A stretch of DNA of 31,647 bases from a virus. Taxonomy: Duplodnaviria; Caudoviricetes. The notes beneath the pieces were generated by a model. It ran no database searches. It saw only the letters and a list, made by a program, of their open reading frames with translations, and had not been told where the DNA came from. Positions 25,412 to 31,647 of this stretch are shown piece after piece; position 1 is the first letter of the stretch, and each line of letters opens with the position of its first letter. A program made the translations under genes and the position numbers. The stretch covers positions 1 through 31,647 of the IMG/VR virus record IMGVR_UViG_3300004241_000037; one strand, given 5' to 3'.

Positions 25412-25475
25412 GTGGGGGTCACCACCACCCTAGCCTTCGGTTCGTTCCGGAGGTGTGGGTGGTGGTGACCCCCAC
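25412..25475 (+). repeat. Long GC-rich hairpin (19-bp perfect inverted repeat plus 8-bp inner stem)
   Basis: GTGGGGGTCACCACCACCC (25412-25430) / GGGTGGTGGTGACCCCCAC (25457-25475); inner GCCTTCGG/CCGGAGGT uses G-U pairs on the plus strand. Confidence 0.85.
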
Positions 25476-25626
25476 CGTTCCTCTCGCCTCGGACTGGTAC
25501 TGGCCGGGGACCCTACTCGTAAGTTGAACCACCGCCAACCCTGTACCCATCTATTATCACTCGCCTTCAGGAGGTAGGCGTATTGTAAGTTGAACCATTG
25601 TCTAGTTACTTAACAAGGAGCATGCT

Positions 25627-25899
25627 ATGAACATGCGCTATCGTAACCTGGAAGGTGAAACCCTGTTCCAAGCCCTCAAGCGTGAAGGTCTACATCGGTG
25701 CGGTAAGTCGGTGCTTGACCAGTGGTCTGAAAGCCCACGGAAAGATGAACACGGTGACACGCTTACTCGCTACACCTTCTGGTCTGAACATCAGATTGAT
25801 TGCGACCAGTTGAATATGCTCTCTAACTTTGGAGCATTCATGGAGTTCATCTGGACAGACGAAGGTACTATCTACATCTCTATTATCACAAGGAGATAG
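25627..25899 (+). CDS. Hypothetical protein
   Basis: 90 aa, AAGGAG RBS. Confidence 0.6.
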   Translation: MNMRYRNLEGETLFQALKREGLHRCGKSVLDQWSESPRKDEHGDTLTRYTFWSEHQIDCDQLNMLSNFGAFMEFIWTDEGTIYISIITRR

Positions 25900-25901
25900 G
25901 A

Positions 25902-26267
25902 ATGTCCTATCCACAGTTTGAAGATCTCAAGGTCTGGCAGAAAACCCGCAACCTGGTGGTTGCTACTGCCGATGTGCTGACTAAGTCATCCATGCGAGAC
26001 ACCATTCCCTGTAAGGTGATCCTGCGTGACTCGCTCTCTATCCTGAACAACATAGCCAAAGGCTATGAGGCTAGAGAAAACAAATCGTTCCCTCGTTACC
26101 TCACCGCTGCCCGTGGTTACGCTGGTGAGTTCAGATCCTGCCTGTATGTACTGGCTGACCTGAACATCATCACCCCGGAACAACGTGAGGTCATGGATCA
26201 GGAAGCCCGTGACATCGCCAAGATGTTAGGCGGTCTCATCAAACATCTGACCTCTCCCGACTGTTGA
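25902..26267 (+). CDS. Four-helix bundle protein (23S rRNA IVP / TIGR02436 family, Avd-related fold)
   Basis: FEDLKVWQK...SILNNIAKGY...RYLTAARG...MLGGLIKHL matches the family pattern. Confidence 0.85.
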   Translation: MSYPQFEDLKVWQKTRNLVVATADVLTKSSMRDTIPCKVILRDSLSILNNIAKGYEARENKSFPRYLTAARGYAGEFRSCLYVLADLNIITPEQREVMDQEARDIAKMLGGLIKHLTSPDC

Positions 26268-26293
26268 CATTACTGACAGTACTATTGTATACT
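26264..26293 (+). promoter_or_regulatory. Sigma70-type promoter
   Basis: TTGACA (26264-26269) - 18 nt - TATACT (26288-26293). Confidence 0.75.
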
Positions 26294-26300
26294 TATCTAG

Positions 26301-26312
26301 GAAAGGAGGTGA
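26301..26312 (+). promoter_or_regulatory. Orphan extended Shine-Dalgarno at predicted transcript 5' end (STAB-SD-like)
   Basis: GAAAGGAGGTGA with no start codon 5-10 nt downstream; the next gene has its own AGGAG at about 26353. Confidence 0.55.
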
Positions 26313-26364
26313 CCCACCAGGCACGTTTACATCTCATCAGTCTATATCTAAACAGGAGTCTGCA

Positions 26365-26553
26365 ATGCCAGACGAAATGCTTCTCAAACAAATACAGAAA
26401 ATCTGCTCAGCCTATCGGCTGATGCAGGAGTTCGTTGATGACCTGGCACTGGAGCCTGAAGAACAGGCGCTAGTGGAACAGGCACATGCCCGGTACGTTG
26501 ACGCAGTCAACATGCTGTCCGCTATCTACAACCTGGAGGTGGACAATGTCTAA
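26365..26553 (+). CDS. Small helical hypothetical protein
   Basis: 62 aa, AGGAG RBS, first gene after the promoter. Confidence 0.6.
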   Translation: MPDEMLLKQIQKICSAYRLMQEFVDDLALEPEEQALVEQAHARYVDAVNMLSAIYNLEVDNV

Positions 26554-26803
26554 CCTACCCTGGCATGTCGGTACGCTGGATGAACGGATGGGAGCGCATG
26601 GTCTCATCCGATCCGGCAAGTACCCCGATGACGTGTACGCAGTACATGGCATGGAGTACACCCGGCTGGTGTATGCCTCACCCTGGAAGGTGAAGCATGT
26701 ACATGACCTCAGCCTATCGGACTTCAACGCTTGGATTGAAGACGTATGGGCTGAAGGTGACATCGTCTACATCTCAGTCATTATCTCGGATGGTGACGCA
26801 TGA
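26546..26803 (+). CDS. Hypothetical protein
   Basis: Start moved to ATG 26546 (GGAGGT RBS); 85 aa MSNLPWHVG... Confidence 0.6.
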   Translation: MSNLPWHVGTLDERMGAHGLIRSGKYPDDVYAVHGMEYTRLVYASPWKVKHVHDLSLSDFNAWIEDVWAEGDIVYISVIISDGDA

Positions 26804-26976
26804 TCACAGCAACCTGTCCCTTCTGTCATCAGCCTATGTCTGATGCTGAAGTCAAACGCTCAATCAAACTCAGCGTTGGTATGTGTGACCAATGCTGGTC
26901 AGGTCAGGGTACGGAAGTCGGAGACTTCAACCCGGACCTCATCACTGATCAAACCATTACCGGGGATCAATCATGA
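26800..26976 (+). CDS. Small zinc-finger protein
   Basis: Below the ORF-track cutoff; 58 aa MITATCPFCHQ...MCDQCWSG; ATGA coupling at both ends. Confidence 0.65.
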   Translation: MITATCPFCHQPMSDAEVKRSIKLSVGMCDQCWSGQGTEVGDFNPDLITDQTITGDQS

Positions 26977-27782
26977 ACACTGATAAAATCACCCAAGCCC
27001 TGCTGGATAAACTCCGGCAGGGTCAGATACCCTGGCACAAGACGTGGGATTGTGACTACCAGAACGGTGTCACTCACCACGAGTACCAGGGCATCAACGT
27101 CCTGCTACTCGCCTTCTCTCGGCAAGATCATCCCTACTGGTACACCTTCAATCAGGTACGCCAGCTCGGGGGATCGGTGAAGAAAGGCGAACATGCTACC
27201 ACCATTGTCCACTACAAACTGGTGGACAAGAAGGACAAAGAGGGTAAGGTCATTGGCAAGTACCCCATGTTCTCAGCCTGGGCTGTGTTCAACCACAACC
27301 AGACCACACTACCAGACACGAAGGTGGAAGCCCCACCTATCCAGTCAGTAGGTGAGATCCTCACTCAGTACATCGGATGTCCACCATTCGTGGATGGCAC
27401 ATACTGTGCATACAATCCGGTGAAGGATGAACTCATCATGCCCAAGGCGAAATACTTTGACCATCCTGAAGACTATGCTCAGGCATTGTTCCATGAACTG
27501 ACGCATAGCACTGGTCACAAGTCACGGCTTGACCGTAACCTTGAGGATCGTAGCAACTATTCCTTTGAGGAACTGGTTGCCGAGATGGGCGCATGCTTCC
27601 TTGGTCACAAGGCTGGCACTGCTGCCCCTACCATAGACAATACCGTTGCCTACCTGCAGGGTTGGCTGAAACGTCTGGGTGATAACCCGGACTGGATCAT
27701 CAAGGCTGCAGCCAAGGCTCGTGTTGCTACCAACTACATACTTGGAAAGGAGAAACATGAAGCACGCTGTGCTGCTGCCTAA
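26973..27782 (+). CDS. ardC: ArdC-family ssDNA-binding anti-restriction protein with zincin-like domain
   Basis: IPWHKTW, YQGINVLLL, WYTFNQVRQLGGSVKKGEH, VFN, LFHELTHSTGHKSRLDR, YSFEELVAEMGA, AYLQGWL. Confidence 0.92.
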   Translation: MNTDKITQALLDKLRQGQIPWHKTWDCDYQNGVTHHEYQGINVLLLAFSRQDHPYWYTFNQVRQLGGSVKKGEHATTIVHYKLVDKKDKEGKVIGKYPMFSAWAVFNHNQTTLPDTKVEAPPIQSVGEILTQYIGCPPFVDGTYCAYNPVKDELIMPKAKYFDHPEDYAQALFHELTHSTGHKSRLDRNLEDRSNYSFEELVAEMGACFLGHKAGTAAPTIDNTVAYLQGWLKRLGDNPDWIIKAAAKARVATNYILGKEKHEARCAAA

Positions 27783-27811
27783 CCTATCTAATTTGTAAAG
27801 AGACTAGACAA

Positions 27812-28483
27812 ATGGAGAAAACAAACATCAAGATGGTCAGGGTACACCCTGCCATCCAAGAGACTCAGACCATACTTAATCACTTTGTATTGGTGTCAGG
27901 TATGTCCTTCCTACTTCTCTGCTTCATTGCAGTAACCTGGGGCGTATTCAATCCTGAACGCGTAGGATCGTCTGTAGAGGCAGATAGTGTCCAGACGATA
28001 GAGGACACCACTCCGGAGCCGATAGCCCCAGCGCTTGAGGCAAGCGTTGCCAGCGTAGAACCTGGCATCTCATCCAACTCTGTATACAACTGGCAGTATG
28101 CCGTTGATCAGTGGAATGAGTGTAAAGGAAATGTAAACATGGCTACCTTCTACCAGGACTGGGTCAACTGGTACGGAGAACTATCTGCAATGCAGATGTG
28201 TCTCATCACCTGGCCCGAGTCAAGGTACGACTGGTATGCCAAAGGTGATAACGGTTGGTCAATCGGAATGTTCCAGATCAACATACCTGCCGGACACTGC
28301 AAGAAAGTGGAAGGCTTGGTAGGTGGATCACTCAGCGATGCTGAATGTAAGGAACTTCTGTTTGACCCGGAGATCAACCTGACTGTTGCTCGTCAACTGT
28401 ACGAAGCACAGGGTTGGACTCCCTGGTCTGGACGCAAGGCCTACCTGCCTGACTTCCGTGTTGACTGGCTTACACTTGAATAA
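27812..28483 (+). CDS. Membrane-anchored lytic transglycosylase (SLT / lysozyme-like)
   Basis: N-terminal TM helix, acidic linker, catalytic PES, SIGMFQIN, LFDPEINLTVA, GWTPW. Confidence 0.8.
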   Translation: MEKTNIKMVRVHPAIQETQTILNHFVLVSGMSFLLLCFIAVTWGVFNPERVGSSVEADSVQTIEDTTPEPIAPALEASVASVEPGISSNSVYNWQYAVDQWNECKGNVNMATFYQDWVNWYGELSAMQMCLITWPESRYDWYAKGDNGWSIGMFQINIPAGHCKKVEGLVGGSLSDAECKELLFDPEINLTVARQLYEAQGWTPWSGRKAYLPDFRVDWLTLE

Positions 28484-28493
28484 GGAGAATGTC

Positions 28494-28658
28494 ATGACCG
28501 AGAAGCTATCGTTTATCGGACTGACTAACAAGGTGGAGAAGATCATACTCACCAAGTACGATCTCACCCGGCAATCAGCATCCATCAATGAGATGGCCAA
28601 GGAGATCATCAATCTCGTAGTGGATACTTGTATCGCTGAAATGCGGAGGGAGAAATGA
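28494..28658 (+). CDS. Small hypothetical protein
   Basis: AAGGAG RBS before ATG 28494; 54 aa. Confidence 0.55.
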   Translation: MTEKLSFIGLTNKVEKIILTKYDLTRQSASINEMAKEIINLVVDTCIAEMRREK

Positions 28659-28816
28659 GTTGCCCTAACTGCGCTATGGTTTACTGCTCTTGCGGTGAAC
28701 CGATGGAAGACAATGGATACGGTGGTTGGCTCTGCCCCGAGTGCGGAGAACAGGTCGGTAACCGTATCCCCTCATCAGAGGAACCTGACTATCCAGATAT
28801 ACCGGAGGTAGAATGA
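28655..28816 (+). CDS. Small zinc-ribbon protein
   Basis: Below the ORF-track cutoff; 53 aa MSCPNCAMVYCSCGEPM...WLCPECGE; ATGA coupling at both ends. Confidence 0.65.
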   Translation: MSCPNCAMVYCSCGEPMEDNGYGGWLCPECGEQVGNRIPSSEEPDYPDIPEVE

Positions 28817-29100
28817 GATACACCTACGCAACAGGCAACATAGACATTGCTGCCTTCTTGCTACATAAAGGCTACCGCCCGAACAGGATCAGCAAACATA
28901 CCTACACTACGAAGCACGGTGTCAACAAGCCGAGTAGTGAATGGCTGTTTGAACTGCCGGACCATCCCAATCGTTTCATTGACGAGTGGGAAGTGTCTCC
29001 GGAGTTTCACTTCACTCAGTGCCGGGTAGCACTGAAGGCGGCTATCCAGAAGTTGTTCGCCTCATCCTCATCCTCACTTATCATGACGGAGCAAGTATGA
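28813..29100 (+). CDS. DUF5659-like protein
   Basis: YATGNIDIAAFLLHKGY...WLFE pattern; GGAGGT RBS. Confidence 0.55.
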   Translation: MRYTYATGNIDIAAFLLHKGYRPNRISKHTYTTKHGVNKPSSEWLFELPDHPNRFIDEWEVSPEFHFTQCRVALKAAIQKLFASSSSSLIMTEQV

Positions 29101-29384
29101 TAGAGACATCTGGAAAGACATACGATGTCGTGTACAGTATCGCTACTGCTACCGACACGCTGTTTCCTGAAGTGTGGAAGTGCGGTGTGGTCTTCAAATA
29201 CTTTGGAGATCACCAATCCCATCTGGAGTTCACTCACGATGGACCCGGTGTCATCTCACATACCGGGTACTTCTCAAACTTCCCATCCTGGGATGTTACC
29301 CCGGAGAATGTGGAAGGTTACATCAGCGCCTTGCTCAAAGACGAAGGCATATCCAATTACTCAATCACAAAGGAGAACGCATGA
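29097..29384 (+). CDS. Hypothetical protein
   Basis: Start moved to ATG 29097 (GGAG RBS, ATGA coupling); 95 aa. Confidence 0.6.
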   Translation: MIETSGKTYDVVYSIATATDTLFPEVWKCGVVFKYFGDHQSHLEFTHDGPGVISHTGYFSNFPSWDVTPENVEGYISALLKDEGISNYSITKENA

Positions 29385-30190
29385 AGATCCTCTCACTCTC
29401 TGACTTCATCTCAGTACAGGCGTACAAAGACTACGCCTCTGAGGAAACCAGAGATCCCACTAAGTGGCACATGTCAGGCTTCGGTACCTGTATGCGCAAG
29501 CGTATGTACCGCCGGGCTGATATAGCCGGGCTACCCGAATGTCCCAAGTCACTGAAGAACTTTGCCTTCGGTGACATGATCCATTCCTACATCCAGAAGC
29601 AGGCTCAGGACAACAAGTCCTCTGACTTCCACATCCGAGGGATGGAGATCCAGATCCCGATAGTGGATGACGGTACTGTCAAAAAGATTGAACCCTGGAC
29701 AGACAAGGTGTCTGGCCATGTAGACATGATCGTTGAGGTGAACGGCAAGATGATAGCGTATGAACTGAAGTCCATACACTTCCTTGCCATGAACCGCTAC
29801 ATGAAAGGCAAGCGTTGCCTTGAGGATGAACTGGCTAATGCCTACCCCCATCACCATGCCCAGTTGTCTGCCTATGTCTACTTCCTTCGGAAGTCCGGGG
29901 TGAAGATAGACGAGGCCCGGATAGTCTACATCTGCAAGTCCAACATGTTCATGGCTGAAGTACCACTCCAGATGTGGGACGTTGAACGTGAACTCAAACT
30001 GCTGGAAGCAGCCTGGGCGCAGTACCAGAAGGACGGTACCCTACCGGCCAAGATCCCATCGGATGATCCGGTATACTGGCAGTGTTCGTACTGCTCATAC
30101 CGTTCCATCTGTCGTGAGATGAAGTCATGTGATTGTCAGTATTGCCAGGCCATCATGGCAAACGATCCAACCTTTGATGTAAAGGACTAG
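29381..30190 (+). CDS. Cas4-like PD-(D/E)XK exonuclease (solo, not CRISPR-associated)
   Basis: Start ATG 29381 (AAGGAG); TCMRK, GDMIH, SGHVD, YELKS, QLSAY, CSYCSYRSIC (four-Cys Fe-S pattern). Confidence 0.85.
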   Translation: MKILSLSDFISVQAYKDYASEETRDPTKWHMSGFGTCMRKRMYRRADIAGLPECPKSLKNFAFGDMIHSYIQKQAQDNKSSDFHIRGMEIQIPIVDDGTVKKIEPWTDKVSGHVDMIVEVNGKMIAYELKSIHFLAMNRYMKGKRCLEDELANAYPHHHAQLSAYVYFLRKSGVKIDEARIVYICKSNMFMAEVPLQMWDVERELKLLEAAWAQYQKDGTLPAKIPSDDPVYWQCSYCSYRSICREMKSCDCQYCQAIMANDPTFDVKD

Positions 30191-30192
30191 AC

Positions 30193-30507
30193 ATGAGCTT
30201 CAACAACACTCATCAGCAGTACACCCTGTACCGTGTCCATACCCTCATCCCCGGCTACAAGCTGGGGATGAAGGGGCGGGAGAAGTACATCGCTGTACCC
30301 ACTAAGTATCTCAGAGGCCCGGTACTTGTCACCTATGCCGTCAAGGAAAAGATGTACATAGGCGATGGCGTACGCCCGGTACTGGAGAATACCTTTGAGG
30401 ACAAGCACCGACCCGGGGAGAAGTACACCCTGTCCTACTTCAAGTGGGAACCGGATACGGTACAGACCAGCTTCATGCCAGAAGATCCGGAGGGTACTGA
30501 TGATTGA
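30193..30507 (+). CDS. Hypothetical protein
   Basis: 104 aa, AAGGA RBS, 2 nt after the upstream stop. Confidence 0.6.
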   Translation: MSFNNTHQQYTLYRVHTLIPGYKLGMKGREKYIAVPTKYLRGPVLVTYAVKEKMYIGDGVRPVLENTFEDKHRPGEKYTLSYFKWEPDTVQTSFMPEDPEGTDD

Positions 30508-30871
30508 ACCATCTACCATCCCTGTCCAATCCAACTCTCCCAACTTTGAGAAGTGGAAGAAACAGATGACACTGGCCAAACGCATAGGCATGAGAGCTGC
30601 CTATGAGGAAGCCTGGGATAAACCCCTGGTCATAGCCTATAAGGATCTTGACTGGTGTGTTGCTCGTCTGAACGATATGGACAGGCAAGCACTCCGATCC
30701 GGTTGCGCCGTCATGAACCAGGACGGTAATGGCTTCTGGTACTTCGCAATCTCCAACGCACAGATGTACAACACCTTGTGTAAACAGAAGGCTGTTGAGG
30801 ATTATCACAAACAGGCAGCCTGGAATAACCTGGCTGGCTGGGGTGAGATCCTGGAGAAAGAACAAGGTTGA
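30500..30871 (+). CDS. Hypothetical protein
   Basis: Start moved to ATG 30500 (GGAGG RBS); 123 aa. Confidence 0.6.
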   Translation: MIEPSTIPVQSNSPNFEKWKKQMTLAKRIGMRAAYEEAWDKPLVIAYKDLDWCVARLNDMDRQALRSGCAVMNQDGNGFWYFAISNAQMYNTLCKQKAVEDYHKQAAWNNLAGWGEILEKEQG

Positions 30872-30896
30872 CTGTACTGTCTATTTCCACTATACT
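30868..30896 (+). promoter_or_regulatory. Sigma70-type promoter, probably giving a leaderless transcript
   Basis: TTGACT (30868-30873) - 17 nt - TATACT (30891-30896); ATG at 30903 with no RBS. Confidence 0.7.
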
Positions 30897-30902
30897 ACTG
30901 TC

Positions 30903-31229
30903 ATGAATAACAGTGGATGGAAAGAACAGAAGGAAGCAGTCTACCTGCGTGACAAGGGGCGGTGCCGGTTCTGTCACAAACCTGCGCCAGATGGTACCGC
31001 CCACCACGCTATCTTCCGGTCACATTCGTTAGAGTTTAGTAACCTAAAGGAGAATCTGTTATGGACATGTCAGACCTGCCACAGGACGATCCATTCGCCG
31101 ACCCGATCCAGCCTGCACCTCAGCCTCCAGCTCAGGGAGCAGGGGGAAACTATGGCACTACGCCAGCTCAGGGACAGCAAGGTGGAACTGAGCCAACCCC
31201 AACTGGACCAACTAAGAAACGAGTCCTAG
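30903..31229 (+). CDS. HNH endonuclease
   Basis: VYLRDKGRCRFC...AHHAIFRS...ENLLWTCQTCHRTIH; 108 aa from ATG 30903. Confidence 0.82.
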   Translation: MNNSGWKEQKEAVYLRDKGRCRFCHKPAPDGTAHHAIFRSHSLEFSNLKENLLWTCQTCHRTIHSPTRSSLHLSLQLREQGETMALRQLRDSKVELSQPQLDQLRNES

Positions 31230-31588
31230 TCACCAACATTGAAACCAAGCAGGGGAACTATGGCCCCTACATCTTCTTCCGGGGATCCGGCCTGAAGATG
31301 GGGTGTTTCAAGAAAGACCTCATAGCCCTGTTGCAAACAGCACAGGATACTGCCAAGGAAATTGAAGTTGAATACGTTGCCAAACAGAACGGTCAGTACA
31401 CCAACTATAACGTCACCTGGGTTGAGGGAGCAGTCCCGAGACAGGGTAGCGGTAAGTGGGGTGGTGGCAAGATGTTCTCCGACAAGCAAGCTGCTGCGTT
31501 CATTGCAGGTCACATCCTCGCTGGCCAGTATAACGATAACGATTTCGTTGCCATCTTCAACAAAATCCATACGCTTATCAAGGAGTAA
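31061..31588 (+). CDS. Putative ssDNA-binding (OB-fold-like) protein with disordered N-terminus
   Basis: AAAGGAG RBS; beta-rich core (VLVTNIETKQGNYGPY...IEVEYVAKQNGQYTNYNVTWV); near a Cas4-like nuclease. Function is inference. Confidence 0.55.
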   Translation: MDMSDLPQDDPFADPIQPAPQPPAQGAGGNYGTTPAQGQQGGTEPTPTGPTKKRVLVTNIETKQGNYGPYIFFRGSGLKMGCFKKDLIALLQTAQDTAKEIEVEYVAKQNGQYTNYNVTWVEGAVPRQGSGKWGGGKMFSDKQAAAFIAGHILAGQYNDNDFVAIFNKIHTLIKE

Positions 31589-31590
31589 CT

Positions 31591-31647
31591 ATGGGCAACG
31601 ACTTGACCGTCCAACCCGAAGGTATGCCCCGGGAACAGTGGGCAACC
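31591..31647 (+). CDS. Start of next gene (partial)
   Basis: AAGGAG RBS and ATG GGC AAC GAC..., open to the window end. Confidence 0.55.
   Translation, partial: MGNDLTVQPEGMPREQWAT

Noticed and set aside
29381-30190. CRISPR-Cas locus
   Set aside because: No cas1/cas2 and no repeat-spacer array; the only short direct repeats (24110/24424, 25519/25585) occur twice each.
1-31647. Stop-codon reassignment suggested by several long gene overlaps
   Set aside because: Long genes are intact in the standard code, and TAA, TAG and TGA all end genes at sensible, often ATGA-coupled positions.
1-31647. tRNA/rRNA genes, integrase or att site, firm host assignment
   Set aside because: None recognisable; several genes resemble those seen in uncultured-lineage phages, but naming a host needs database or spacer matches.

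Overview
This window is part of a tailed dsDNA phage (or prophage) genome with a short-tailed, podovirus-type head-tail module; standard genetic code, and the host cannot be named from the sequence alone. Left arm (1-21420, minus strand, in transcription order): glycosyltransferase, C39-like endolysin, holin, small and large terminase, portal, scaffold, SU10/DUF5309-type major capsid protein, then a cluster of a GT-A glycosyltransferase, a Gly-Tyr-Thr collagen-like fibre with a C1q head and a 971-aa five-domain enzyme (GT2-TPR-methyltransferase-GT2-GT32), followed by adaptor, nozzle, a second C1q-tipped fibre, small membrane proteins and a truncated probable internal/ejection protein. Middle (21419-24137): a plus-strand glycosyltransferase + nitroreductase pair whose likely start shares one CATG with the last minus-strand gene, then an almost G-free pyrimidine/TAC-rich tract, then about 700-800 nt of back-to-back stem-loops. 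Right arm (24144-end, plus strand): early/DNA-metabolism genes (DUF4326, four-helix bundle, ArdC, membrane-anchored lytic transglycosylase, solo Cas4-like nuclease, HNH, SSB-like) with two clear sigma70-type promoters. Best candidates for new biology: (1) a phage-encoded virion/fibre glycosylation assembly line with six GT domains, (2) a large structured non-coding element next to a one-strand G-depletion gradient, (3) dual-coded HNH/SSB-like genes and a probable STAB-SD leader. All protein calls come from motif recognition by eye, not from database searches.
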